DNA of 64,000 nt from Candidatus Latescibacterota bacterium. Lineage in GTDB: Bacteria > Latescibacterota > UBA2968 > GCA-2709665. Shown here one piece after another: positions 13,051 to 22,264 of this stretch. The notes beneath the pieces were generated by a model. The model did no database searches and was not told the origin of the DNA. It worked only from the letters and a program-made list of their open reading frames with translations. The position numbers and the translations under genes are program-made. The first letter of the stretch is position 1. Every line of letters starts with the position of its first letter. The stretch is from positions 1,728,001-1,792,000 of the forward strand of contig OZ244744.1 in the NCBI GenBank assembly GCA_965219455.1, given 5' to 3'.

Positions 13051-13085
13051 CTTATCGTCTCCCTGTCTGAAAAAACTTTCAGCCT

Positions 13086-13259
13086 TTAGATTTCAGCGGT
13101 AAGATCGCCCATACCCGCCACGTTCCCGTGGCCGAAGATCCCGAACATCACCGGAATCAGCCGCCGTTGCTTTTCGTCCCGCTCGCTGTACTGTACCGAT
13201 AGGTACTTTACCAGCGCCTGGGCCGTGGTCAGCCGGATCGTCCTGCGGTTGTCTGACAA
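13086..13259 (-). pseudogene. iolD: 5' remnant (57 aa) of IolD, TPP-dependent trihydroxycyclohexanedione hydrolase
   Basis: Manual translation MSDNRRTIRLTTAQALVKYLSVQYSERDEKQRRLIPVMFGIFGHGNVAGMG matches the diagnostic IolD N-terminus, then stops; full IolD is about 600 aa. Confidence 0.82.
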
Positions 13260-13261
13260 CG

Positions 13262-15181
13262 CTAACCCCCCTCCGACAACGGAATTATCGGAAGCACAAC
13301 GTGCGAGGGCCGTGCCAGGTCCATGTAAACCGTATTGCGGGCCACGACCGAGTGGGTATGCCTTCCCACGGGTTCGCCGGTATTCGGATTCACGTCGAAA
13401 CGGGGGAAATTGCTGCTGGAGATATCGACACGAATCCGGTGCCCGCGTTTGAACAGGTTGCTGGTGGGCGGCAGATCGATCCTTACGGGAACCACCTCAC
13501 CGGGCGTCATCATCTCCGGCGCCTCCCACCCGTTCCGATAGCGGGTGCGGATGATGGAATCGACCAGATTCATGTGATAGCCCGACGGATAGTCTTCGTT
13601 GGAAGGATAGACGTCGATCAGCTTCGCGGTAAAGTCCGTATCCACGGCGGAGGAAGAGATCCAGAGATTCACGGAAAGCGGACCCGTCACCTCGACGTCC
13701 TCGTCCAGCGGATCTGTCTGAAAGACGATGACGTCCGCCCTGGACGCCAGGGGCAGATACGGCGGTTCGGCGCCCACGATACCCGGCGCCTCCTGCTGGT
13801 GGGCCGCTCCGTCCAGCACAATGCTGCGCATCCGCGCCCTGGGGGGCGTGTACCTCTCGACCATCCCCTCCCCCAGCGGCACCAACTCGTAGAAACCGGT
13901 CACATTTCCTGCAACCGTAGGTACCGGGTGGTCCGGGTCGTGCAGATAACACGCCGGCGCGCCGTCCTTACCGGGGGTATCCGGGCTGAGGCCGCCGCCG
14001 TGTAAATAGTACGCCGTGTACCTGGTACGGGCAAGCGGCCACTCCCGTTCGGACCGCCACGCGCCGCCATGGTTCAGGCGGCCCTCCCCGTTGCGCCGGC
14101 CGTCGCCTCCTCCCATCACGAATATACGCGCCGGGGGATCGTCCTCCACGCCGTTGGAAATATCCTTCAACCAGCGGTCGAACCAGCGCACGCGTTCCCG
14201 GTTGTACACGTCGTCGCCCCACGCCGAATCGGGTCCGAAATCCACGTCGCCCGCAAACGAACTTCCCTCCCCGCGTATTCCCCCGTGGTTCCAGGGACCC
14301 ATCAGCAGCCGCTGGGGGGTCCGGTTGCGCTTCGACATTTCCGTGAAGTAATTCGTGGTCGCCACGGCGAACGGATCGTACCAGCCCCCGCTGAATACGG
14401 AAGGAATATCGCCGTGCCTGTCGAAGTGGCGCTCCTGGTCGCAGCAGTCCTGTTGCCAGAACTCGTCGTACTCGCCGCGATGGTAATAATCGAACAGCAC
14501 CCGTTCGAGATTGGGTACCAGGGCCAGGGGCGTGTCCCCCGGCCTGAACGGCGTTGAATAAACCAGCTCCCTCATCCGCTCCATCGTATCCACGAATGCC
14601 TGCACCGCGGAGGGGTCGTCCGCGATCTCCTGGGCATCGTGCCCGTGCAGGAACAGGGCCCCGAACATGTGGAGCGCCATCGCCCCTCCCTCCCGGGAAC
14701 AGTGCGCGTACATATTGGTCGGGCCCACGTCCTGCCACGTCGCCGTCAGACTCGTCGGCCGGTACAACGCCATGACCGCCTGAACGATCGCTCCGTGCGA
14801 ACTTCCCACCGTGCCCACCCGCCCGTTGGACCAGGGCTGTTCCGCAATCCAGGCCACCGTATCGTAACCGTCCCGGCCCTCGTCCGGATTGGCGGTATGG
14901 AAGTATTGCCCGGTACCTTCCGACCGATGCCGGCCCCTGAGATCCTGAATCGCCACAACATAGCCGCGACGGGCAAAGTACGTCCCCACGGGTTCAACCC
15001 ACATTTGAGGACTGCTCTTATCGTAGGACGTCCGTCCCAGAATCGCCGGAAACCGACCGGGCGCGGGTTCCCCGTCGACGGCCGGGCGGTAGACATCCGT
15101 CGCCAACCGCACACCGTCCCGCATGGGTACCCTGACGTCCCTCGCAACAACGATCCCGTACTCGGGTTCCGAACTCATCAT
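13262..15181 (-). CDS. CocE/NonD family hydrolase
   Basis: VPMRDGVRLATDVYRP, QDLRGRHRSEG, GGWYD, GPWNH, ISSSNFPRFDVNPNTG. Confidence 0.92.
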   Translation of the reverse strand: MMSSEPEYGIVVARDVRVPMRDGVRLATDVYRPAVDGEPAPGRFPAILGRTSYDKSSPQMWVEPVGTYFARRGYVVAIQDLRGRHRSEGTGQYFHTANPDEGRDGYDTVAWIAEQPWSNGRVGTVGSSHGAIVQAVMALYRPTSLTATWQDVGPTNMYAHCSREGGAMALHMFGALFLHGHDAQEIADDPSAVQAFVDTMERMRELVYSTPFRPGDTPLALVPNLERVLFDYYHRGEYDEFWQQDCCDQERHFDRHGDIPSVFSGGWYDPFAVATTNYFTEMSKRNRTPQRLLMGPWNHGGIRGEGSSFAGDVDFGPDSAWGDDVYNRERVRWFDRWLKDISNGVEDDPPARIFVMGGGDGRRNGEGRLNHGGAWRSEREWPLARTRYTAYYLHGGGLSPDTPGKDGAPACYLHDPDHPVPTVAGNVTGFYELVPLGEGMVERYTPPRARMRSIVLDGAAHQQEAPGIVGAEPPYLPLASRADVIVFQTDPLDEDVEVTGPLSVNLWISSSAVDTDFTAKLIDVYPSNEDYPSGYHMNLVDSIIRTRYRNGWEAPEMMTPGEVVPVRIDLPPTSNLFKRGHRIRVDISSSNFPRFDVNPNTGEPVGRHTHSVVARNTVYMDLARPSHVVLPIIPLSEGG

Positions 15182-15217
15182 CCTGCCGCTCCTCTGAGAA
15201 TCGGACTTGAAACGCGT

Positions 15218-17902
15218 CTATTGAATCAAATCTCCGTTTCCGGCGACAATTCGGGGGGCGCCGGCATCAAACCGCACCTCGACGAAATCCGTCTTCGCCT
15301 TCAATTCAAGGCGGGTATCCCCAATGTGTAACGAACTGCCGTTGCAGACTGAGACGGCCATAACCTCGCCGTCCCCATCCAGGCGCACCATGCACAACTC
15401 CCCATCGGCCCGAATGCCCCGATCGTCCTGTACCATCTGCCCGCCGTCCCTCTCCGCGATGTCCACGTCCCCTGCCAGAATCACGTCCCGCCGTCCATCC
15501 GCGAGTTCGATTTCCACGGCCACGTCGGCCACCTGACTTAACCCTCCGTTGCCTCCTTCCAGGCGAAGACGCCTGACGCCGGAAATCTCGGGCGCCCCTT
15601 CATAGGCTTCGATGACGCCCACAAACGTGGACGCCAGCGGATCCACGTCCGACTGCCGCCGCACCATCACCCGCGGGATCCAGGCCGTCTCATTGCCGCC
15701 AAAGCCGCGAAGCGCGACCCACGCCTCGGCCGTAGAAACCTCCGCGCCTTCCGTCAGGTCGGTATACCTCAGGTGGATGTCACGGTTCCCTTCCAGATAT
15801 TCGTACCGATCCTCCACCTTCCAGTCCACGTGCCAGCCCGGAGCCGAACGTGCGTCACGCATGAAATTCCGCATTTGCGTTTCGTACCCGTAATCCGCGG
15901 CCGGCTCCAGCGAAAGGCCCCGAGTCGAAATCATGCCGAAATGACTGTGCATGAACTTCGCGTGGTCTCGCCCGCCCACGACGCGGAACACGTCAAGGAG
16001 GTAACCGCTGTCCTCCGAGACGTCCACCATCGCCACCGTTCGTTCATAGCGTGGAATCCGGTAGAGCGCGGATCCGCTCGCCCTGACTGCCCGGAACTGC
16101 CCGCCATCCGCCCACAATGTCGATTCGCCGTCCGATGGGCGCTCCTGGTCCTTCCCGTCCACGACCACGGTGTTGTGACCGGCGGTGCTTACGTACCAGT
16201 GAAATTTCGGCCCGCTCCAGCCTCCGTAATGTACCGGCGGGTATCCGAAGTCCGGCATCAGGTCCAGGCCCATTGCAAACAACCCCAGATTCATCCCATC
16301 GGCATGCCCGTGAGGCCCGCCCGAATCGTAGTCCAGCCACGCAGCGCGACGACTGTCGCCTCGACCCGAACGAAGCACGGCCAGCCGCCACTCCGTTTTG
16401 TTTACGCCGGCCTGTTCGATCTCCGTTCCATGGGCGTCGATAACCGCCCGCACTTCGTCCTGAAACGCGCGCGGGTCGTCCGCAAAGAGATCGTGCGGCA
16501 GCCCCTCCACGGTACTGCCATTGGCCTGGAACAGAGCCTGAACGTAAGCCGGATCACCGGTCTCCCGATAAAGATGCCACAGGAACGCGAACATCGACGA
16601 TTCCAGTCCGGGGTCCTTCGTAAAGGAGACCCCCACGTAGCTATCGACCTTCGCCGCGTAAGATCCCGTGTCGCCCACCTGGGGATAGTATTGTTGAAGG
16701 CACCACGTATCGATATGAAACCGATAGGTCTGCCCCAGCTTCGGATGTCTCGCCAGCATATCCCGCAGAAAATCCGCGTCCACCCGGCTGAACCGCGCCA
16801 GAAACTGCGCCAGGCTCTGAATCACGCTGGAGCAGTATCCCGCGAGGCCCTTTTCGCCTGTCACCCCGTCCACCGCCGTCGCGCGTTCCATCATCTCGTC
16901 GATCAACCCGTACACTTTCTCCCGGTTTCCCTCCCAGTCCAGGACCGAATGAATCGTGATCAACGCGATTTCCTTGCGGGGATAGTTGGAACGGATACGA
17001 TCGTGGTTCACAACCGTATCCTGCAATATTCCCTCCTCGATATGGCGCGTGACGTCCTCCGGCGATGCCTTGCTCGACACAATGCCATACTTCGCAGCCT
17101 TCTCGCTCAAGAAATCCGCCAACGCCTCATCGCTCCGCAGTGCCTCTCGAACCTGGTCGTAAGCCTGCGCCAGTTCCCGCGCCTCCTCGCACGCATCGTG
17201 CCAGGTGGACACGTACCCGGCGTGCGCCGGCCCTTCGTACATCATCGCCTGATCTTTGAAAATAAACGTCGTATACAGATCCGCCACGCGGTCCAGCAGC
17301 ACACCCGCCCGGTGCGCATACCCGGTCTCCCCGGTTGCCGCATAAGCCGCCGCCAGCGCCCTGATGCCGCCCTGGACGATCTGCTTCCATTGCCCGTAGA
17401 CCAGGTACGTCCCGACGAACCACCAGGTGTTCCCGCCGTCCCGGTACCCCTCGCCGTCGTCCACGCCAAACCGGTGCAATGGATCTCCCGGGTCCGGATG
17501 CTCCGTATTGAATAACAGGGAACCGTCTGCCAGATCGTGTTGAAATACCCCGTGTTCGTCCAGGCCGGAGCGGTAATACGCATGGAAGTCGTTCTTGGGA
17601 AACAACGCTTCGCAGCGCGGGCAGCGGAGCTTCCACGGCAGGCGCAGTGCCTGGATACGCCAGTTGTACATCGGGACGCCCTCTCTGCAAGCCGGGCAAT
17701 GGCCGTTCGACCACACCATCCAGGATCTTCGGATGGTGCTTCCGAACATCAGGTCCCACAGTTCATCGTCCGAAAATGCCATCCACGGCTGGGCCGCCTC
17801 GACGATCCGGTCCCTGGCCCGCTTCGCCCACGCGAAGTCCTCCGCGTTGCGCTTTGCCTTCTCGATCAATTCCGCCGGGTAAAACAAACTACCCCTGGTC
17901 AC
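15218..17902 (-). CDS. Heparinase II/III family protein
   Basis: HGHADGMNLGLFA..DLMPDFGY, TAGHNTVVVDG; N-terminal CPAC/CPRC pair. Confidence 0.8.
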   Translation of the reverse strand: MTRGSLFYPAELIEKAKRNAEDFAWAKRARDRIVEAAQPWMAFSDDELWDLMFGSTIRRSWMVWSNGHCPACREGVPMYNWRIQALRLPWKLRCPRCEALFPKNDFHAYYRSGLDEHGVFQHDLADGSLLFNTEHPDPGDPLHRFGVDDGEGYRDGGNTWWFVGTYLVYGQWKQIVQGGIRALAAAYAATGETGYAHRAGVLLDRVADLYTTFIFKDQAMMYEGPAHAGYVSTWHDACEEARELAQAYDQVREALRSDEALADFLSEKAAKYGIVSSKASPEDVTRHIEEGILQDTVVNHDRIRSNYPRKEIALITIHSVLDWEGNREKVYGLIDEMMERATAVDGVTGEKGLAGYCSSVIQSLAQFLARFSRVDADFLRDMLARHPKLGQTYRFHIDTWCLQQYYPQVGDTGSYAAKVDSYVGVSFTKDPGLESSMFAFLWHLYRETGDPAYVQALFQANGSTVEGLPHDLFADDPRAFQDEVRAVIDAHGTEIEQAGVNKTEWRLAVLRSGRGDSRRAAWLDYDSGGPHGHADGMNLGLFAMGLDLMPDFGYPPVHYGGWSGPKFHWYVSTAGHNTVVVDGKDQERPSDGESTLWADGGQFRAVRASGSALYRIPRYERTVAMVDVSEDSGYLLDVFRVVGGRDHAKFMHSHFGMISTRGLSLEPAADYGYETQMRNFMRDARSAPGWHVDWKVEDRYEYLEGNRDIHLRYTDLTEGAEVSTAEAWVALRGFGGNETAWIPRVMVRRQSDVDPLASTFVGVIEAYEGAPEISGVRRLRLEGGNGGLSQVADVAVEIELADGRRDVILAGDVDIAERDGGQMVQDDRGIRADGELCMVRLDGDGEVMAVSVCNGSSLHIGDTRLELKAKTDFVEVRFDAGAPRIVAGNGDLIQ

Positions 17903-18022
17903 GACGATTCCTCCTTATTTTGTTCCGGCGCCGATACAATCCTGCTTGATCGTCCGACCCGGACACCCTATTTTCGCTCAGGACGATTGACCTCGAATCC
18001 CCAAGAATCAGGGAGCGCATCC

Positions 18023-19219
18023 ATGCTGATTGCCACGCAGGACTTTTGCTGGCACGACCGCGGTGAAGGTGCCGCCTACGTCTTCGGTGAGGACGGCTAC
18101 CTGACGATTGACGGTTCAAGAGGCCGCGCGCGCTGCTCCCGTCGAATCGACAATCCCATCCGGCGCCCCAGTGACGCCCTTGCGTTAAGGCTTCGGGTCG
18201 CCCTCGGGAAATGCTACCACATCTATTTCTATGACGAAAACGAACGGCTCGCATTGGATTGCCGCATCGACGTCGACGGTCGGATCCACCTGGATGGAGC
18301 CGCCGGCTCCGTGGATACCGGCGAATCATTGACTTTTCACTACGGCAAGCCCTATGCCGACCCTGAGATTCGCCAACAGTACGTCGTACCGTCCGACGAA
18401 CATCTTCTGACCTTTGGCGGATTTGAATTCGCGCGGGGAAAGCTGTGGTTCTCTCTGGACAAAAACGACCCGGTCGAAATTTCCGAATGCCTCGGGAAGG
18501 GCATTGAAGAACTCACCAGGATCGAACTGGTCACGGTGTCGGTTGAACCCGGCAGCCTGTTACTCTTGCGGGAATACGCGGAGTGCAACGGCGGTTCCCC
18601 TGTCTGCAGGGAGACTTTCCCACTCCACTGGGCGCCTGTTGCGCCACCGCCGGACGGCACGCCGGACGACAACGTCTGTGAGACTGTGATGCGACCCGTC
18701 GATTACCGATGGCTCGAGACGGCCACCCGGTACGGCTATGTCAAAGTCCGCATCCCTTCCCTGAAAGCGGGCGCCGTCGAATTCGAGATGAAGCCGGCAG
18801 ACACAAAGCAGGAGGCCTGCCTCATCCTGGAAGAATACCAGGGCATCATCAAGTACGGAAATATCCAGTTCGGGTTGCTCAGGGGCAAGATAATCATCTG
18901 CACCGCCGAAGGCATCACCGAATTCGATCAGGCCCTCGAGGTTGCGGACGGCAGGGTGTACAGGTTCCGGATTGAGTGGGATACGCGGGGCGGCGTGGTT
19001 CGTCTCCGGATCGACGACGAACCGATGACACACGGAGGGTCTGCCCTGTTCTCCTTTGCCAACCTTCCGGATAACGGTATCGATACGATCACCCTCCATC
19101 CGGGAGACGTGAGGGCGAGACGAAGCCTGATGCAGAAGCGTCTGGGCGTGAAGACGAAGGAGGTGCCCACGTCGATCACACATTGGGGCGCCTTCAGGGT
19201 ATACGATCTTTCCGACTGA
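18023..19219 (+). CDS. Hypothetical protein (398 aa, beta-rich)
   Basis: Non-overlapping part of ORF 17537..19219; ATG 18023 with GGGAG RBS, divergent from the heparinase gene. Confidence 0.65.
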   Translation: MLIATQDFCWHDRGEGAAYVFGEDGYLTIDGSRGRARCSRRIDNPIRRPSDALALRLRVALGKCYHIYFYDENERLALDCRIDVDGRIHLDGAAGSVDTGESLTFHYGKPYADPEIRQQYVVPSDEHLLTFGGFEFARGKLWFSLDKNDPVEISECLGKGIEELTRIELVTVSVEPGSLLLLREYAECNGGSPVCRETFPLHWAPVAPPPDGTPDDNVCETVMRPVDYRWLETATRYGYVKVRIPSLKAGAVEFEMKPADTKQEACLILEEYQGIIKYGNIQFGLLRGKIIICTAEGITEFDQALEVADGRVYRFRIEWDTRGGVVRLRIDDEPMTHGGSALFSFANLPDNGIDTITLHPGDVRARRSLMQKRLGVKTKEVPTSITHWGAFRVYDLSD

Positions 19220-19223
19220 TAAT

Positions 19224-19500
19224 GCTGTCAGTTGTCAGCATTCCGCTTGAACCAACAATCGGCTCACACGGAGACACAGAGACACAAAGGGAACCCGGAA
19301 TCACCCGAAAGGCGGGCAACCACAAGGGTTGCCCCTACGAATCAGGAATCAGCGACCAATTGTCAGTTGTCAGCTTGCAGCGAAACCGCCCTCACCCCCC
19401 GACCCCCTCTCCCAAGGGGAGAGGGGGACCAAAGGAAAACCAAGCGGCCATCAAGCGATGACAGTTCCCCCCTTCCTTCAGGAAGGGGGATAGGGGTAGG
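19224..19500. repeat. Composite intergenic repeat cluster (heptamer, CACAGAGA-type, GTAG REP, CCCCTCTCCC hairpins)
   Basis: gtcagttgtcagc at 19224 and 19361; cacggagacacagagacaca 19267; gggcaaccacaagggttgcccctac 19314-19338; hairpins 19389-19427 and 19466-19500. Confidence 0.75.
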
Positions 19501-19560
19501 TCTCGAAGGCGGGAAGACGTAAAAAGCAAGAAGCTATAGGACCACACCCCAACTGTTCCA

Positions 19561-20358
19561 TTATCTGAACCCCAACTCAACGAGTTTTGCCACCATTCCA
19601 CGAATTCGCGGGCGTTCACTGCCAAGAAATGCATCCTCGTACACACGGCCCGACTGGGTGAACTGCATCGTCTCCACAAATTTCAGATTGCTCCGGTAGA
19701 CGCGCTTCAGATATGCAATGTGCGCGTCTTCAGTGGGCTTTCTTCCAAAATTGAGGGTGAACATACGCCTGCCGGTTTTGCCGCCAAACGAGGCGTGCCA
19801 CAGGTCCTGATTGAAAAATACCACGTCTCCCGGATTGGATTCCAGCGGGAAACATGGCACTTCCTCGGGGCCGACGTCAAACGGCGACGTCTCCGGGTCC
19901 TCCCGCTGCCGCGAGAGCGGCCTGAGCTTATCGTGCATCGGCGCCGCGTGCGATCCCGGGATGACCCTGAGGCAGCCGGTATTCGTGGACACGAGATCCA
20001 GATAAAACGCCACCTTGATCCGGCGGTAACCCGGATCCGACCCGTCCGGATGCCATCCGGTATCCCCCACGTACAGATTACCGTCCGATCCGATCCACAC
20101 GAAATCCGGCCCGAGCAGCTCCCGAATGGGGCAATAGATCCGGTTGTCCTCTACCAGCCCGGTCAAGACGGGATCTTTTTCGATACATCCCAGCACCGCC
20201 TGCCGCGATCCACCCTTGAACGGCAGTCCCTGCCGGTCCTCGTCCAGCACCCTGTCAAAAGCCCTTGTGAGGGTCTCAATTTCCTCGGCGGAAAAGTACT
20301 CGCGCATCACGAGAAAACCGAACGTCTCAAAATGCAGTCGCTGCGCCGCGGTCAACAT
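19561..20358 (-). CDS. Phytanoyl-CoA dioxygenase (PhyH) family protein
   Basis: FETFGFLV, WHPD, CLRVIPGSH, PGDVVFFNQDLWHAS. Confidence 0.88.
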   Translation of the reverse strand: MLTAAQRLHFETFGFLVMREYFSAEEIETLTRAFDRVLDEDRQGLPFKGGSRQAVLGCIEKDPVLTGLVEDNRIYCPIRELLGPDFVWIGSDGNLYVGDTGWHPDGSDPGYRRIKVAFYLDLVSTNTGCLRVIPGSHAAPMHDKLRPLSRQREDPETSPFDVGPEEVPCFPLESNPGDVVFFNQDLWHASFGGKTGRRMFTLNFGRKPTEDAHIAYLKRVYRSNLKFVETMQFTQSGRVYEDAFLGSERPRIRGMVAKLVELGFR

Positions 20359-20742
20359 CGGGGTTCTCCCTCACGGTTTCTGTTAAGATCATATAAACGT
20401 GGCATATTCCGTAATGCTCCGGCGCCACCCGCGAGTACGGGTGATCACGCGCGGACAACCGACATTATGTTTGATGGAACCTGCGCCCGGTCGGCTTCGT
20501 CAGCTGAATACAGGACCCGGGCATGCGATCGAACTTGCACACACCCTCCTGCAATGATCCTGTACGCCTTTCGTAAGTAGGCCCGTGCACGATTTTACTC
20601 CAGAATTCACATGAGATTCTATCACCATGCCGCCGCCGCATTGAATAACCGGCCGCGCCAACGGACGATTCGACGGGAAGAACGGTCGGAATTCCGGCAA
20701 GGAATGCGAAGTCCCGCTGCGAATCAACAACAGTATACGCTC

Positions 20743-20770
20743 TTGACTTTCCGGTTGTATTCGTTAATTT
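20743..20770 (+). promoter_or_regulatory. Putative sigma70 promoter
   Basis: TTGACT-16 bp-TAATTT about 225 nt upstream of the GTG at 20996. Confidence 0.45.
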
Positions 20771-20816
20771 CAGTGCGGCACGCCGCGTAATAGCCTGCAA
20801 TCTCGGCATACCACCG

Positions 20817-20990
20817 TGGTCGCGGTCCGGCGGCGGTCCGGATCAGCGCCCCGGCAATGTGAAAGCGTTTGACCTGTTGAGAGAGGCATTTCGCCGTGTT
20901 CAATGGTCCGACTGACCTTACGGAACCCCCGTCGACGGACTGAATCCAGTAAATACCTACCTCCCGCCGTCAGGAGGAATCAAGGAGGCG
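20817..20990 (+). promoter_or_regulatory. Candidate structured cis-regulatory leader RNA
   Basis: Nested helices 20825-36/20929-40, 20837-40/20921-24, 20843-46/20912-15, 20852-59/20887-96; CCTCC anti-SD at 20960 with two GGAGG partners. Confidence 0.5.
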
Positions 20991-20995
20991 CATTC

Positions 20996-22264
20996 GTGCA
21001 CGTCGCCATTATCGGCAACGGCGTCACCGGTGTTACCGCGGCGATCAGGCTTCGGCGCAAACAGCCCGACTGGCGCATTACCCTCATCTCCGGCGAATCC
21101 AAGTACCACTACTCCCGGCCGGCCCTGATGTACATTTACATGGGCCACATGACCTACAAGGGCACCAAACCCTTCGAAGACGACTTCTGGTCCATAAACC
21201 GTCTCGACCTGCGCCGCGACTGGGTCACCGCGATCGACGCCGCGCAGAAATGCCTTACCCTTCACCGAGGCGGAGATTTCCACTTTGACAAATTGCTCAT
21301 CGCCACCGGCTCCAAGTCCAACAAATTCGGTTGGCCGGGCCAGGACCTCAAAGGCGTCCAGGGTCTCTATTCCCTGCAGGACCTCCGCACCCTCTACGAA
21401 AGTGCAAAGGACACCCACCACGCCGTTATTGTCGGCGGCGGCCTTATCGGCATCGAACTCGCCGAAATGCTGCATTCGCGAAACATTCACGTCACCTTTC
21501 TCGTTCGTGAACCGACTTACTGGGGCAACGTCCTCCCCAAAGAAGAGTCCGGCATGGTCAACGAGATTATCCGGGAACAGGGCATGGGTCTCAAACTCCA
21601 GGCCAGTCTGAAGGAAATACTGGACGACGGGAACGGCAGAGCATGCGGCGTTGTAACGGAAGACGGCGAACGGATGGAATGCCAGTTCGTCGGCCTCACC
21701 GCCGGTGTTTCTTCCAATGTCGACCTTGTAAAGGCGTCCGCCATAGAAACCGGCCGGGGCATTCTGGTCGATCACCGTTTCCAGACGAATGTTTCAGACA
21801 TTTACGCCGCGGGCGACTGTGCGGAAATTGTAACCGGCGGCGACCGCAACCTGCTCCAACAGGTCTGGTACACCGGCAAAAAACAGGGCGAGGTCGCAGC
21901 GGACGTCATCGCGGGCGAAGACCGTTCCTACGACCCCGGCATCTGGTTCAACTCCGCCAAATTTCTGGACCTGGAATACCAGGTCTACGGCCGGGTCAAC
22001 CTCAACGTGCCGGGCGAAAGGAACCTTTTCTGGCAGCACCCGTACCAGCGCCAGTCCGTGCGTATTGTGTACACCGATCAGGGCGTGATCGGCTTCAACC
22101 TCATGGGCATCCGCTACCGCCACGAAGTCTGCGAGGCCTGGATTTCGGAAGAGCGCCCGGTCAACTTCATTCTGGAACACCTTGCGGAAGCCAACTTCGA
22201 CCCCGAGTTCTACGACCGTCACGAATCCGAAATCGTTCCTGCCCTAAGGGAGCAACTGTCATGA
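20996..22264 (+). CDS. NAD(P)/FAD-dependent oxidoreductase (rubredoxin reductase/NirB-like flavoprotein)
   Basis: IIGNGVTG, LLIATGS, VGGGLIGIELA, IYAAGDCA; GTG start after AAGGAGG. Confidence 0.88.
   Translation: MHVAIIGNGVTGVTAAIRLRRKQPDWRITLISGESKYHYSRPALMYIYMGHMTYKGTKPFEDDFWSINRLDLRRDWVTAIDAAQKCLTLHRGGDFHFDKLLIATGSKSNKFGWPGQDLKGVQGLYSLQDLRTLYESAKDTHHAVIVGGGLIGIELAEMLHSRNIHVTFLVREPTYWGNVLPKEESGMVNEIIREQGMGLKLQASLKEILDDGNGRACGVVTEDGERMECQFVGLTAGVSSNVDLVKASAIETGRGILVDHRFQTNVSDIYAAGDCAEIVTGGDRNLLQQVWYTGKKQGEVAADVIAGEDRSYDPGIWFNSAKFLDLEYQVYGRVNLNVPGERNLFWQHPYQRQSVRIVYTDQGVIGFNLMGIRYRHEVCEAWISEERPVNFILEHLAEANFDPEFYDRHESEIVPALREQLS

Noticed and set aside
20817-20950. 6S RNA
   Set aside because: Rod-like but lacks a large two-sided central bubble and sits in cis before an SD; kept as a leader candidate instead
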